From the NCBI RefSeq assembly GCF_003945235.1, contig NZ_RSDW01000001.1:300001-332000 (forward strand): 32,000 nucleotides of DNA. The letters run 5' to 3'. This DNA comes from Edaphobacter aggregans (GTDB taxonomy: Bacteria > Acidobacteriota > Terriglobia > Terriglobales > Acidobacteriaceae). Made by a program: the position numbers and the translations under genes. Shown piece after piece: positions 1 to 8,044 of this stretch; the stretch's first letter is position 1, and each line of letters begins with the position of its first letter. The notes beneath the pieces are model-generated. The model had not been told where the DNA came from. It saw only the letters and a list, made by a program, of their open reading frames with translations, and ran no database searches.

Positions 1-219
1 TTTGCCCTCGCCCTGGAGGCGCTTGTACTCGTTGAGGCGATGGAAGACCTTTTGCTCGGCTTTGTCGCGGATGGAACAGGTGTTGTAGAGGATCAGGCCG
101 GCGTCGGCTTCGTCCTGGACGCGGGCGTAGCCCTGGTGCTCAAGGGTGCCGATGACTTTTTCAGAGTCATGGACGTTCATCTGGCAGCCGAAGGTTTCGA
201 TATAGAAAGTCTTGCTCAC
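1..219 (-). CDS. miaB: tRNA-i6A37 methylthiotransferase MiaB, N-terminal 73 codons only (gene continues past the window start)
   Basis: Absent from the ORF track because it runs off the edge. My reverse-strand translation from GTG 219..217 gives MSKTFYIETFGCQMNVHDSEKVIGTLEHQGYARVQDEADAGLILYNTCSIRDKAEQKVFHRLNEYKRLQGEGK. FGCQMN and NTCSIR-KAEQKVF are MiaB-type methylthiotransferase N-terminal cysteine motifs. Confidence 0.85.
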   Translation of the reverse strand, partial: MSKTFYIETFGCQMNVHDSEKVIGTLEHQGYARVQDEADAGLILYNTCSIRDKAEQKVFHRLNEYKRLQGEGK

Positions 220-250
220 AGAGAACAGTATATCGCCGCACGGAGGACGA

Positions 251-421
251 CTAAACGGACATGGTGGCGAGGGCGACGGGCTCCCGCTGCATCATTTGTT
301 CCGTGTGCTCGATATAGTCCCTGAGAAACTTGGCTCGCGCGTTCAAGGCGTTGATCGCTTGTTCGACAGCATCCAGCTCGCGCTGAGTCTCGTCAATCGC
401 GTTTTGGTAGACAGAGCTCAT
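251..421 (-). CDS. Hypothetical small protein (56 aa, helical/coiled-coil-like) just upstream of miaB
   Basis: Internal ATG (421..419) of track ORF 251..595. The longer ORF cannot be real because its 5' part is the tRNA-Glu gene. The sequence MSSVYQNAIDETQRELDAVEQAINALNARAKFLRDYIEHTEQMMQREPVALATMSV has G/C-rich third codon positions like its neighbours. No family recognised and no clear SD. Confidence 0.35.
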   Translation of the reverse strand: MSSVYQNAIDETQRELDAVEQAINALNARAKFLRDYIEHTEQMMQREPVALATMSV

Positions 422-516
422 GTAGCCCGAAAGTTTAGCACGAGATTGTGAGCTGAGTAATGCAAATTCGCGGGAATGTGCGAAATATTGCGGCTTAGGG
501 GGACGATGAAGAGATT

Positions 517-593
517 TGGTAGCGCCAACGGGGATCGAACCCGTACTCTCAGCCTTGAAAGGGCCGCGTGTTAACCAGTTACACCATGGCGCC
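517..593 (-). tRNA. tRNA-Glu (anticodon UUC), CCA encoded
   Basis: Hand-folded cloverleaf of the reverse complement GGCGCCA-TG-GTGT-AACTGGTTA-ACAC-G-CGGCC-CTTTCAA-GGCTG-AGAGT-ACGGG-TTCGATC-CCCGT-TGGCGCT-A-CCA. The anticodon loop CT-TTC-AA gives UUC. Confidence 0.9.
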
Positions 594-615
594 AAACACT
601 AACTGAAGAAGGGTT

Positions 616-692
<77 letters not shown>

Positions 693-783
693 AAAACGAG
701 AGGGAATCCCTCAGTTGCGATAGATCCATTATAGCAGCTAAGTGCGTTATTTTGGGCGACGCGAGGATGCGGAAAACAAAAGT

Positions 784-1059
784 CTAGAGGCCGAGCTTTT
801 TGACTTCGTCGTTGTAGTACTTGCGGTAGAGGATGTCCCACTCCTGCGAGCCCTCGAGGATGATCTTGCGCTGCGAGGCGATCTTCTGGCGGGCGGCGGC
901 GTCGATCCTGGTCTCTTCGAGAAGGAGCTTCTCGAGTGCTTTGCGGGCCTCCTGCCGGATAGTGTTGCGGTCCTCAAGGAAGTCGCACTCCGGGATCTCG
1001 GCGAGGGTGTCGGCTACGGTGTGGGCGAGTTTATTGAGCTTGTCGCGGGAGATTCTCAC
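784..1059 (-). CDS. DUF507 family protein (91 aa)
   Basis: Track ORF. GTG start overlaps the stop of the upstream paralog (GTGA at 1056..1059). The sequence pattern (LLEETRIDAAARQKI...WDILYRKYYNDEVKK) resembles DUF507 proteins as I remember them and is paralogous to the adjacent ORF. Confidence 0.7.
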   Translation of the reverse strand: MRISRDKLNKLAHTVADTLAEIPECDFLEDRNTIRQEARKALEKLLLEETRIDAAARQKIASQRKIILEGSQEWDILYRKYYNDEVKKLGL

Positions 1060-1334
1060 AGCACCGCCTTGTATTTGCGGGCCAGCTCGTTCTTCACCTT
1101 TTTGAACATCTCGGGGTAGCTGGCACCGGTCTTACGCATATCATCCTGAAAGGCTTCGAGGATGACGCGGACCTCGTCATTGATGCGGTCTTCGAGAGAG
1201 AGCTCATCGACCATGGCGGCTGCGACACGTTCGTCGAGGATGGCCGGTTTGCTAGTTTCGATCATCTTTGCGCTGACGAGGTGTTTCACGGTCTGGCGCG
1301 CCAGGTATCCAACGTAATCTTTAGAAAAAATCAT
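1056..1334 (-). CDS. DUF507 family protein (92 aa)
   Basis: Track ORF MIFSKDYVGYLARQTVKHLVSAKMIE...LSLEDRINDEVRVILEAF...YPEMFKKVKNELARKYKAVL. It is paralogous to ORF 784..1059 and translationally coupled to it. Confidence 0.7.
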   Translation of the reverse strand: MIFSKDYVGYLARQTVKHLVSAKMIETSKPAILDERVAAAMVDELSLEDRINDEVRVILEAFQDDMRKTGASYPEMFKKVKNELARKYKAVL

Positions 1335-1383
1335 TGACTTTCCTTCGAATATATCATGCTGGCGCGCATGGGCTTATGGCGAA

Positions 1384-1749
1384 CTACTTGTGTTTTGTGG
1401 CGGGTTTGTGGGGGCAGTGCTCGGTGTTGAGGCAGGTGTCGGGAAGGCGAAGGCGTTCAACGGGACGGTTGTGGAGGAGGTGTTCAGTGACGATCTCTTC
1501 GACGTCGCAGACGTGGACGTTGCCGTACCAAACAGCTTCGGGATAGATGACGACGACAGGACCGTGTTCACATTGGTCGAGGCAGCCGGATTCGTTGGCG
1601 CGAATGTGGTGCTTGAGGCCGGTTTCCTTGATGGCATCTTTGAAGGCTGATTTGAGCTTCTTACTTCCCTGCGGGAGGCAGCTGGGACGGGTTGCGGATT
1701 CGTCGCGCTCGTTCGTGCAGATGAAGATGTGGTGGTCGAATTTTGGCAA
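1384..1749 (-). CDS. Thioredoxin-like [2Fe-2S] ferredoxin
   Basis: Track ORF (TTG start preceded by AAGGAA 7 nt upstream). HHIFICTNER...CLPQGS...GCLDQCEHGPVVVIYPEAVWYG carries the Cys ligand spacing and the GP-VV-YP signature of thioredoxin-fold 2Fe-2S ferredoxins. Confidence 0.85.
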   Translation of the reverse strand: MPKFDHHIFICTNERDESATRPSCLPQGSKKLKSAFKDAIKETGLKHHIRANESGCLDQCEHGPVVVIYPEAVWYGNVHVCDVEEIVTEHLLHNRPVERLRLPDTCLNTEHCPHKPATKHK

Positions 1750-1847
1750 TCGGTGATTCCTTATCTATTGACGCTCTGCAATTCCTTATATTTGTTTAGT
1801 TTACCGGAGGTGCGATGCACAGGGGTTTTTGAGACAATAGATGCTTG

Positions 1848-2312
1848 ATGCAACCCGACAATTTAATTTCGCTTAAAGACGACATGGTGGCATTCATCGC
1901 TGGGCATGGTATGCGGCGGCTCAACGCCTTTGTGCCTGAAGATGTGCCGACGGTCATCTTCGAGAATGAACATGCAGATAGCTGGAAGGACTTCGTGGAG
2001 CATGCGAAGGCTGCCGGGGCTCCATTTTTGACGATGAGCGAGGTGGTGCTCGAGAAGAGCGACGTTGCGATTCTAATGGAGCAGATCCGCGACCAGACAT
2101 TTCCGGATGACGCGGCAGAAGAGCTTGAAGATGCAGAGTACCTGGTGCGGCATGTAGGCAAGGTGGGATATTTGCAACTTGGGTTCGCGCATCAGGGTGT
2201 GATGTTCATCTTCGAGATTGCGACGGACTGGTATGACAGCTTCCAGGATCTGATGGAGACGGTGTCGGAGTTGGGCGGCATTGTGGTGGATGACCGCGAG
2301 AGCGACGAGTAA
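1848..2312 (+). CDS. Hypothetical acidic protein (154 aa), 5 nt upstream of recJ
   Basis: Track ORF 1845..2312 begins TTG-ATG, so I take the ATG at 1848. No family recognised. It is strongly acidic with an acidic C-terminal tail (VVDDRESDE). The stop TAA at 2310..2312 lies 5 nt before the recJ ATG. Confidence 0.6.
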   Translation: MQPDNLISLKDDMVAFIAGHGMRRLNAFVPEDVPTVIFENEHADSWKDFVEHAKAAGAPFLTMSEVVLEKSDVAILMEQIRDQTFPDDAAEELEDAEYLVRHVGKVGYLQLGFAHQGVMFIFEIATDWYDSFQDLMETVSELGGIVVDDRESDE

Positions 2313-2317
2313 GAGAG

Positions 2318-4177
2318 ATGGCCTCTGCCCAGCGTGGGCTCGAACGGGAGTGGACGATACAGGCAGTCGATGCTGAGGCCGTCGTGCATCTGGCTGGGGT
2401 TGTTGGGTGTCCCGTTGCTATTGCAAGTCTGTTGATTGGGCGTGGGATTACGGGGGAGATCGAGGCTCGTCGGTTTTTCTATCCTTCGATAGACGACCTG
2501 CACGATCCGACGCTGATGCTGGGAATGGGCGCCGCAGTGGCGCGCGTTCAACAGGCAGTGCGGGCGGGTGAGGCAATTCTGATCTATGGCGATTACGACG
2601 TAGATGGAACGACCGCTACGGTGCTGTTGAAGACGGCTATCGAGCGGATTGCTCCGAAGGATACACCGGCGAAGGTGACCTACCATGTGCCGCATCGCCT
2701 TCGCGAAGGATATGGGATGCAGACCGGTGTGCTGGGGCAGGCGGCTGCGGCAGGGATCCGGGTGGTAATCAGCGTGGATACCGGCATTCGGGCATTTGCG
2801 GCTGCCGCGGAGGCGAAGGCGCTGGGGCTTGATTTGATTGTGACGGATCATCACCTGCCGGATGATGTGGTGGGAGTTCCGGAGGCGTTGGCGGTGGTGA
2901 ATCCGGCGCAGGAGGGGTGCCCGTATCCCTTCAAATCGCTCTGTGGAGCGGCGGTGGCGTTCAAGCTAGCACATGCCATTCTTGCTGCAGCGGCGGCGAC
3001 CGATGCCGAGCGTGATGTATTGAGAAAGAAGTTGATTCCTTCCTTTCTGAAGATGGTAGCGCTGGCTACCATCGCTGATTCGGTGCCTCTTGAAGGGGAG
3101 AATCGGGTGATTGCGGCGTTGGGTTTGCGTGAGCTGCGAAATCCTGTGCAGGCGGGGCTGCGAGCGCTGATGGAGGTGGCCAAGATACCGCCCGATCGCG
3201 CTCCGACGGCAACCGAGGTAGGGTTTCGTCTGGGACCTCGTATCAATGCAGCGGGCAGGATGGATATTGGCAGTGATGTCGTTGAGTTGTTCCTGACGCG
3301 GGATTCGGCGCGGGCGATGGAATTGGCGCAGAAGCTCGACCGGCTGAACGATGAACGGCGGGCGACGGAGGCCAGAGCGCTCGAAGCGATTGAAGCTCAA
3401 CTTGAGACGATGCGGGGACAAGATGGCGTTTTTCTGCCGGAGTGCATCATCCTTGATGACGCGGACTGGCATCGCGGCGTGCTGGGGATTCTTGCTTCGC
3501 GAGTGGTGGATCGTACGGGACGGCCCGCTTTGGTGATGATGCATGAGGATGGACAGGCGCATGGGTCGGGCCGGTCGATCGCGGGCTTTCATCTGCTGGA
3601 TGCGTTGACGTGCGTGCATGGGGTCGATGGAAACGGCGCTTCTGCGGGAGAGAATGGCGTTCTCTTTACGCGGTTCGGGGGCCATGCTTATGCAGTGGGG
3701 TTCTCACTGCCGTCTGATCGAGTTGATGCGCTGAGAGAACGGATGCGGAGTTATGGCACTTCCCTGCTGACCGGGCCTGTGCTGATGCCGCCGCTCGAAT
3801 GTGATGCTGAGGTGCGGCTTTGTGATTTGACGCAAGAGTTTTTTGACTGGCTCACACGATGCGGGCCATTTGGCAATGGAAATCCAGAGCCAGTATTTGT
3901 AACCAAAGACGTGACGCTCGGTGCTGAGGTGCGCATCATCAAAGAGAGACACATCTGCCTCGAGATTGGAGGGGATGGTGTGGCTGGACGGTTCAGCGCG
4001 CTGGGATGGAGCCGCGGTACCGAGTGGGTGGAGAGTTGCAGGACGTTGGACCTGAGGCCTGGATCGTGCGTTGATATTGCCTATCGATTGAAGGCAAAGA
4101 CAAACCCGCAGTTTCCGGGGCTTGAGCTGGAACTGGTTGATCTTCGGCAGACGCGTGGTGGTGTAGGCGTCGATTAA
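2318..4177 (+). CDS. recJ: Single-stranded-DNA-specific 5'-3' exonuclease RecJ
   Basis: 619-aa track ORF with DHH-family motifs (ILIYGDYDVDGTTA, SVDTG, LIVTDHH) and the DHHA1 region (GGHAYAVGFSL), followed by an OB-like C-terminal extension. Confidence 0.93.
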   Translation: MASAQRGLEREWTIQAVDAEAVVHLAGVVGCPVAIASLLIGRGITGEIEARRFFYPSIDDLHDPTLMLGMGAAVARVQQAVRAGEAILIYGDYDVDGTTATVLLKTAIERIAPKDTPAKVTYHVPHRLREGYGMQTGVLGQAAAAGIRVVISVDTGIRAFAAAAEAKALGLDLIVTDHHLPDDVVGVPEALAVVNPAQEGCPYPFKSLCGAAVAFKLAHAILAAAAATDAERDVLRKKLIPSFLKMVALATIADSVPLEGENRVIAALGLRELRNPVQAGLRALMEVAKIPPDRAPTATEVGFRLGPRINAAGRMDIGSDVVELFLTRDSARAMELAQKLDRLNDERRATEARALEAIEAQLETMRGQDGVFLPECIILDDADWHRGVLGILASRVVDRTGRPALVMMHEDGQAHGSGRSIAGFHLLDALTCVHGVDGNGASAGENGVLFTRFGGHAYAVGFSLPSDRVDALRERMRSYGTSLLTGPVLMPPLECDAEVRLCDLTQEFFDWLTRCGPFGNGNPEPVFVTKDVTLGAEVRIIKERHICLEIGGDGVAGRFSALGWSRGTEWVESCRTLDLRPGSCVDIAYRLKAKTNPQFPGLELELVDLRQTRGGVGVD

Positions 4178-4342
4178 GGCAATACCAGCATCTGGAGCGT
4201 TCGGAATTTACCATGCATGAGCTTGTGCGGGATCTCGATTTATAGAAGCACAGGTGTGCCGCAGCAGGTTCTCTTATTAGAGAAGAAATCTTATGGTTCG
4301 TTTAAGGTTGAGGAGCGTCTTATATACTGACGTTTCAACCTC

Positions 4343-5584
4343 ATGCCGACGATCGAGACAAGACGCCCAAATCCTGTTGTCCTCCTGGGCATCGTGCTCG
4401 CGGTTATTGCCCTGGCTGTGGTGGGTATTCGCTCCTTCACACGCGAGACGGTGGAGATCCGCGCGGCGGCTGTCGATCATCAGAACCTGCTGAGGACAGT
4501 ATCGACTAATGGCAGGGTGGAGCCTGTGGAGTACTATCAGGCGCATGCTTCAGCGCCGGGAACGATCGCCAAGATCCATGTAGAGGTCGGCCAGAAGGTG
4601 AAAAAGGGAGATCTGCTGATCCGGATGGATGACGCGGAGGCTGTCTCCCGGCTTGCTACTGCAAATGCCACTCTGCGAACAGCCGAGGCAAATCTTCATG
4701 ACATACAGCAGGGTGGAACGCAGGACGAGCGCATCGGTCTGAATAACGACCTGAACCGGGCGCAACTGCAACAGCAGCAAGCCACGAAGGACCTGGCTGC
4801 ATTGAAGCAGTTGCAGCAGAAGGGTGCTGCGTCGGCCAGCGAAGTGGCTTCAGCCGAACAACGATTGCAGGCTGCAAATGCGTCGCTTGACGTCCTCAAG
4901 ACAAGAACGACACAACGTTATGGCACCAGCGACCTCGCGCGTGCTCAGGCGCAGGTGGAGGAGGCCAAAGCGGCTGTTGCCGCGGCTCAAAGTGCCTATG
5001 CGGCGGTTAATATCCGGTCGCCGCTGGCTGGGACGGTGTATTCGATTCCGGTCTCGACCTATGACTTTGTGCAGGCAGGCGAGGATCTGATGGATATTGC
5101 CGACCTGAATCGAATCCAGGTACGCGCTTACTTCGATGAACCGGAGATCGGCAAGCTCGCGGTCGGGCAAGCCGTAAAGATTGTGTGGGATGCCAAACCA
5201 GATCTGACCTGGCATGGTCACATCAGCCGCGCACCGTCGACTGTGATTACCTATGGCACTCGTAATGTTGGCGAATGCATCATCACGGTGGATGACGCTC
5301 AGGGAGACCTGCTGCCGAATACCAACGTGACCGTTACTGTGACGGTATCGCAACGGTTCAATGTTCTGAGCGTACCGCGTGAAGCCCTGCATACTGAGGG
5401 GACGAACTACTTCGTGTTTCGCGTGATCGACGGCAGACTGGTAAGGACGCCGGTGCAGATCGACGTGGTCACGCTAACACGGGTTGAGATTACTGGCGGA
5501 CTCACCGAGAAGGACACCGTCGCTACGACCGCCACAAGCAACCGCGATCTGTCCAACGGGCTTGCCGTGAAGATCGTCGAATAG
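4343..5584 (+). CDS. HlyD/MacA-type periplasmic adaptor (membrane fusion protein)
   Basis: 413 aa with an N-terminal TM anchor (VVLLGIVLAVIALAVVGI). The lipoyl-like segment GTIAKIHVEVGQKVKKGDLLIRMDD is followed by a long Q/A-rich coiled-coil hairpin, then beta-barrel and membrane-proximal-like regions. Confidence 0.85.
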   Translation: MPTIETRRPNPVVLLGIVLAVIALAVVGIRSFTRETVEIRAAAVDHQNLLRTVSTNGRVEPVEYYQAHASAPGTIAKIHVEVGQKVKKGDLLIRMDDAEAVSRLATANATLRTAEANLHDIQQGGTQDERIGLNNDLNRAQLQQQQATKDLAALKQLQQKGAASASEVASAEQRLQAANASLDVLKTRTTQRYGTSDLARAQAQVEEAKAAVAAAQSAYAAVNIRSPLAGTVYSIPVSTYDFVQAGEDLMDIADLNRIQVRAYFDEPEIGKLAVGQAVKIVWDAKPDLTWHGHISRAPSTVITYGTRNVGECIITVDDAQGDLLPNTNVTVTVTVSQRFNVLSVPREALHTEGTNYFVFRVIDGRLVRTPVQIDVVTLTRVEITGGLTEKDTVATTATSNRDLSNGLAVKIVE

Positions 5585-5586
5585 CC

Positions 5587-6561
5587 ATGGCCCTTGCCTC
5601 ACGTCTGATTGTCCGGTTGGCTTTGCTCTTGTTGGTTCTGACCGGCGGCGTCTGTTCAATGTATGCGGACAATGTCCAAGCGAACGCTCTACTGCAGCAG
5701 GGACGGGTCGATGAAGCTAGCACAGTGCTTCAGGCTATCTTGAAAACACAACCCAACGATGCGAAGGCTCGTCAACTTTTTTGCCGTGTCTATTATTCGC
5801 AGGACATGGCGGATGGCGCGGTTCGAGAATGCGAGGCTGCCACGGCCAGTGCTCCTTCCGAGAGCGATCATCAGGTCTGGCTAGGGCGCTCTTATGGGCT
5901 GAAAGCATCGCAGGCGAATCCGCTTGTTGCATTCGGAATTGCTAAGAAAGTCCGTGTTTCGTTTGAGCGTGGGGTGGAGTTGAATCCGGTGAGTGTTCAG
6001 GCGCTGAGCGACCTTGGGCAGTTTTATGTAGAGGCTCCTGCGATCGTCGGCGGTGGGCTCGATAAGGCCGCTGCGATCGCTGCTCGAATGCGTCCTCTCT
6101 CGGCGGCACGTGCGCATCGTCTGCTAGGGATGATCGCGAATAAAAAGAAAGATACTGTTACGGCCGAAGCCGAGTTTCAGGCGGCGGTCGCGGCTGGAAG
6201 GGCCCCGGAGGCTTACGTCGATCTTGGGAGTTTTTATCAGCAGCACGGACAGAATGACAAAGCTTATGCGACGCTCCAGGCGGCTATCGCGGCAGACCAT
6301 GCGAAGGGGCCTGCGCTGGTCGATGTGGCGAGCGTACTGACGCTCCTTAACCGTTCGCCGGAGCTGGCTGAGCGGTGTCTGCGCGACTATCTCTCTTCCT
6401 CCGCCAAGTCGGATGATGCTCCGGCGTTCAAGGTACATGTACAGCTTGGCGACCTGCTCCTGCATCGCGGGGATGTAGCCGGTGCGCATCGGGAGTACGC
6501 CGCCGCGCTTGCGCTTGCCTCCAACTACCCCCCTGCCATCAAAGCTATGCAGGGGAGGTAA
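5587..6561 (+). CDS. Secreted TPR-repeat protein
   Basis: 324 aa. Signal-peptide-like N-terminus (LIVRLALLLLVLTGGVCSMYA) followed by degenerate 34-residue TPR-like helical repeats (e.g. ALLQQGRVDEASTVLQAILKTQPNDAKA, YVDLGSFYQQHGQNDKAYATLQAAI). Starts 2 nt after the adaptor stop. Confidence 0.7.
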   Translation: MALASRLIVRLALLLLVLTGGVCSMYADNVQANALLQQGRVDEASTVLQAILKTQPNDAKARQLFCRVYYSQDMADGAVRECEAATASAPSESDHQVWLGRSYGLKASQANPLVAFGIAKKVRVSFERGVELNPVSVQALSDLGQFYVEAPAIVGGGLDKAAAIAARMRPLSAARAHRLLGMIANKKKDTVTAEAEFQAAVAAGRAPEAYVDLGSFYQQHGQNDKAYATLQAAIAADHAKGPALVDVASVLTLLNRSPELAERCLRDYLSSSAKSDDAPAFKVHVQLGDLLLHRGDVAGAHREYAAALALASNYPPAIKAMQGR

Positions 6562-6576
6562 GCAAAAGACGATACC

Positions 6577-7947
6577 ATGATCTTCAGCCGATGTTGCAGG
6601 AGCTTCTCTCGACGTATGACCCGCCTTCTTCGATTGCTCGTTGCGTCTTGCGCGTTTGCCCTTGCGGTGACGCCAACGGTAGCACAGATCTCCTTCACGA
6701 CAGCGGTGGATTTGGCGCTGAAGAACAGTCCCAAGGTCATGATCGCGCAAGCCGACGTAGACAAGGCGCTGGCCGTACTTGAACAGGCTCGGGATGTGTA
6801 TATCCCGACGCTGGCGGGAGGATCAGGGCTTGGCTACTCCTATGGCTTTCCACTGGGTCAGCCGTCAGTCTTCAACTTTACGTCGCAGTCGCTGCTCTTG
6901 AATTTTTCGCAGAAGGATTACATTCGGGCCGCTGAAGCTTCGCTGAACGCGGCAAACCTCGCATTGCGCGACGCTCGCCAGGCGGTTGCCGAAGATGCAG
7001 CGATCACCTATCTGGCGCTCGGCTACGACCAGCAGCGACATGCGGCTCTGGGAGATCAGGCGGGCTTTGCGGCAAAGCTGGTGAGCATCGTGCAGAATAG
7101 ACTTGATGCAGGCCAGGATACGCCGATCGATCTGACGACAGCGAGACTTTCGGCGGCTCAAATTCGACTTGCCCGGCTCCGTGCCGAGGATGATGCGATG
7201 GCTGATCAGGCGCATCTGGCGCGGCTTACCGGGCTGCCCGCACAAGGCCTGACTGTTGTCCCTTCGAGCATTCCCCAGATCACACCGCCGCAGACAGGGG
7301 ACGCCACAGGCGAGGCACCGCTTACCAGCCCCGGGGTCGAGTCGGCCTATGCCATAGCAAAGGCGAAGCAGCAGACTGCGTTTGGTGATTCGCGCTATCT
7401 CTGGCGTCCGCAGGTCTACTTTGTCGCACAGTACAGCCTGTTCGCAAAGTTCAACAACTACGATCAGTTCTATCAACACTTTCAGTACAACAACTTTGGA
7501 ATCGGCGTTGATATCAGGTTTCCGATCTTCGATTCGGTTCAGCGTGCCAAGGCACATGAATCAGCAGCGGAGGCGGTGCGTGCCCAGCATGAGGCAAATG
7601 TTGCTCGCGACCAGTTTTTCGATGGCCGATTGAAGCTCCGACATGCGACGGCGGAGCTGGCCGCGCGGGCCGAGGTGGCCAGTCTCGACCGGCAACTGGC
7701 GCAACAGCAACTGGCTGTGATGGAAGTGCAGTTGCAGGCTGGCAGCGGCAATCCATCGGGCCCTCCGATGACGCCGAAGGATGAGCAGTTGTCGCGCATT
7801 GCGGAACGAGAGAAGTTTCTGGCGGTTCTCGATGCGGAATTTCAGGTGCGGCAATCGCAGATCAATCTGATGCGGCAGACCGGCGACTTAGAATCGTGGC
7901 TGAAAGCTGCTGCACAATCACAACCTCCGGAAACCTCGAAACCATAG
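6577..7947 (+). CDS. TolC-family outer-membrane efflux protein
   Basis: 456 aa. Signal peptide (LLRLLVASCAFALAVTPTVAQ) followed by the typical TolC opening ISFTTAVDLALKNSPKV and two repeated coiled-coil/beta halves. The true start may be ATG 6616 (MTRLLRLL...). Confidence 0.85.
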   Translation: MIFSRCCRSFSRRMTRLLRLLVASCAFALAVTPTVAQISFTTAVDLALKNSPKVMIAQADVDKALAVLEQARDVYIPTLAGGSGLGYSYGFPLGQPSVFNFTSQSLLLNFSQKDYIRAAEASLNAANLALRDARQAVAEDAAITYLALGYDQQRHAALGDQAGFAAKLVSIVQNRLDAGQDTPIDLTTARLSAAQIRLARLRAEDDAMADQAHLARLTGLPAQGLTVVPSSIPQITPPQTGDATGEAPLTSPGVESAYAIAKAKQQTAFGDSRYLWRPQVYFVAQYSLFAKFNNYDQFYQHFQYNNFGIGVDIRFPIFDSVQRAKAHESAAEAVRAQHEANVARDQFFDGRLKLRHATAELAARAEVASLDRQLAQQQLAVMEVQLQAGSGNPSGPPMTPKDEQLSRIAEREKFLAVLDAEFQVRQSQINLMRQTGDLESWLKAAAQSQPPETSKP

Positions 7948-7951
7948 CAAA

Positions 7952-8025
7952 CATTCAGGTAAAGGGCCGTAAGAGGGAACCCGGATTGGAACACCAGAAA
8001 AGCCCCCTCTGGCCGTAACTGAATG
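7952..8025 (+). other. Long imperfect hairpin (7+4+6 bp in three helices) between tolC-like stop and hpnJ start
   Basis: Pairings are CATTCAG(7952-58)/CTGAATG(8019-25), GGCC(7965-68)/GGCC(8011-14) and AGAGGG(7972-77)/CCCTCT(8005-10), with a 27-nt loop. There is no U-tract after it. Confidence 0.35.
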
Positions 8026-8044
8026 GTAAAATTGAACTATTATT

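Noticed and set aside
1756-1789. 9-mer direct repeat ATTCCTTAT (1756..1764 and 1781..1789) in the ferredoxin / recJ-operon divergent region.
   Set aside because: The first copy is simply the reverse complement of the ferredoxin Shine-Dalgarno (AAGGAAT). A 9-mer repeat in an AT-rich 95-bp spacer is weak evidence, and no convincing -35/-10 spacing could be built around it.
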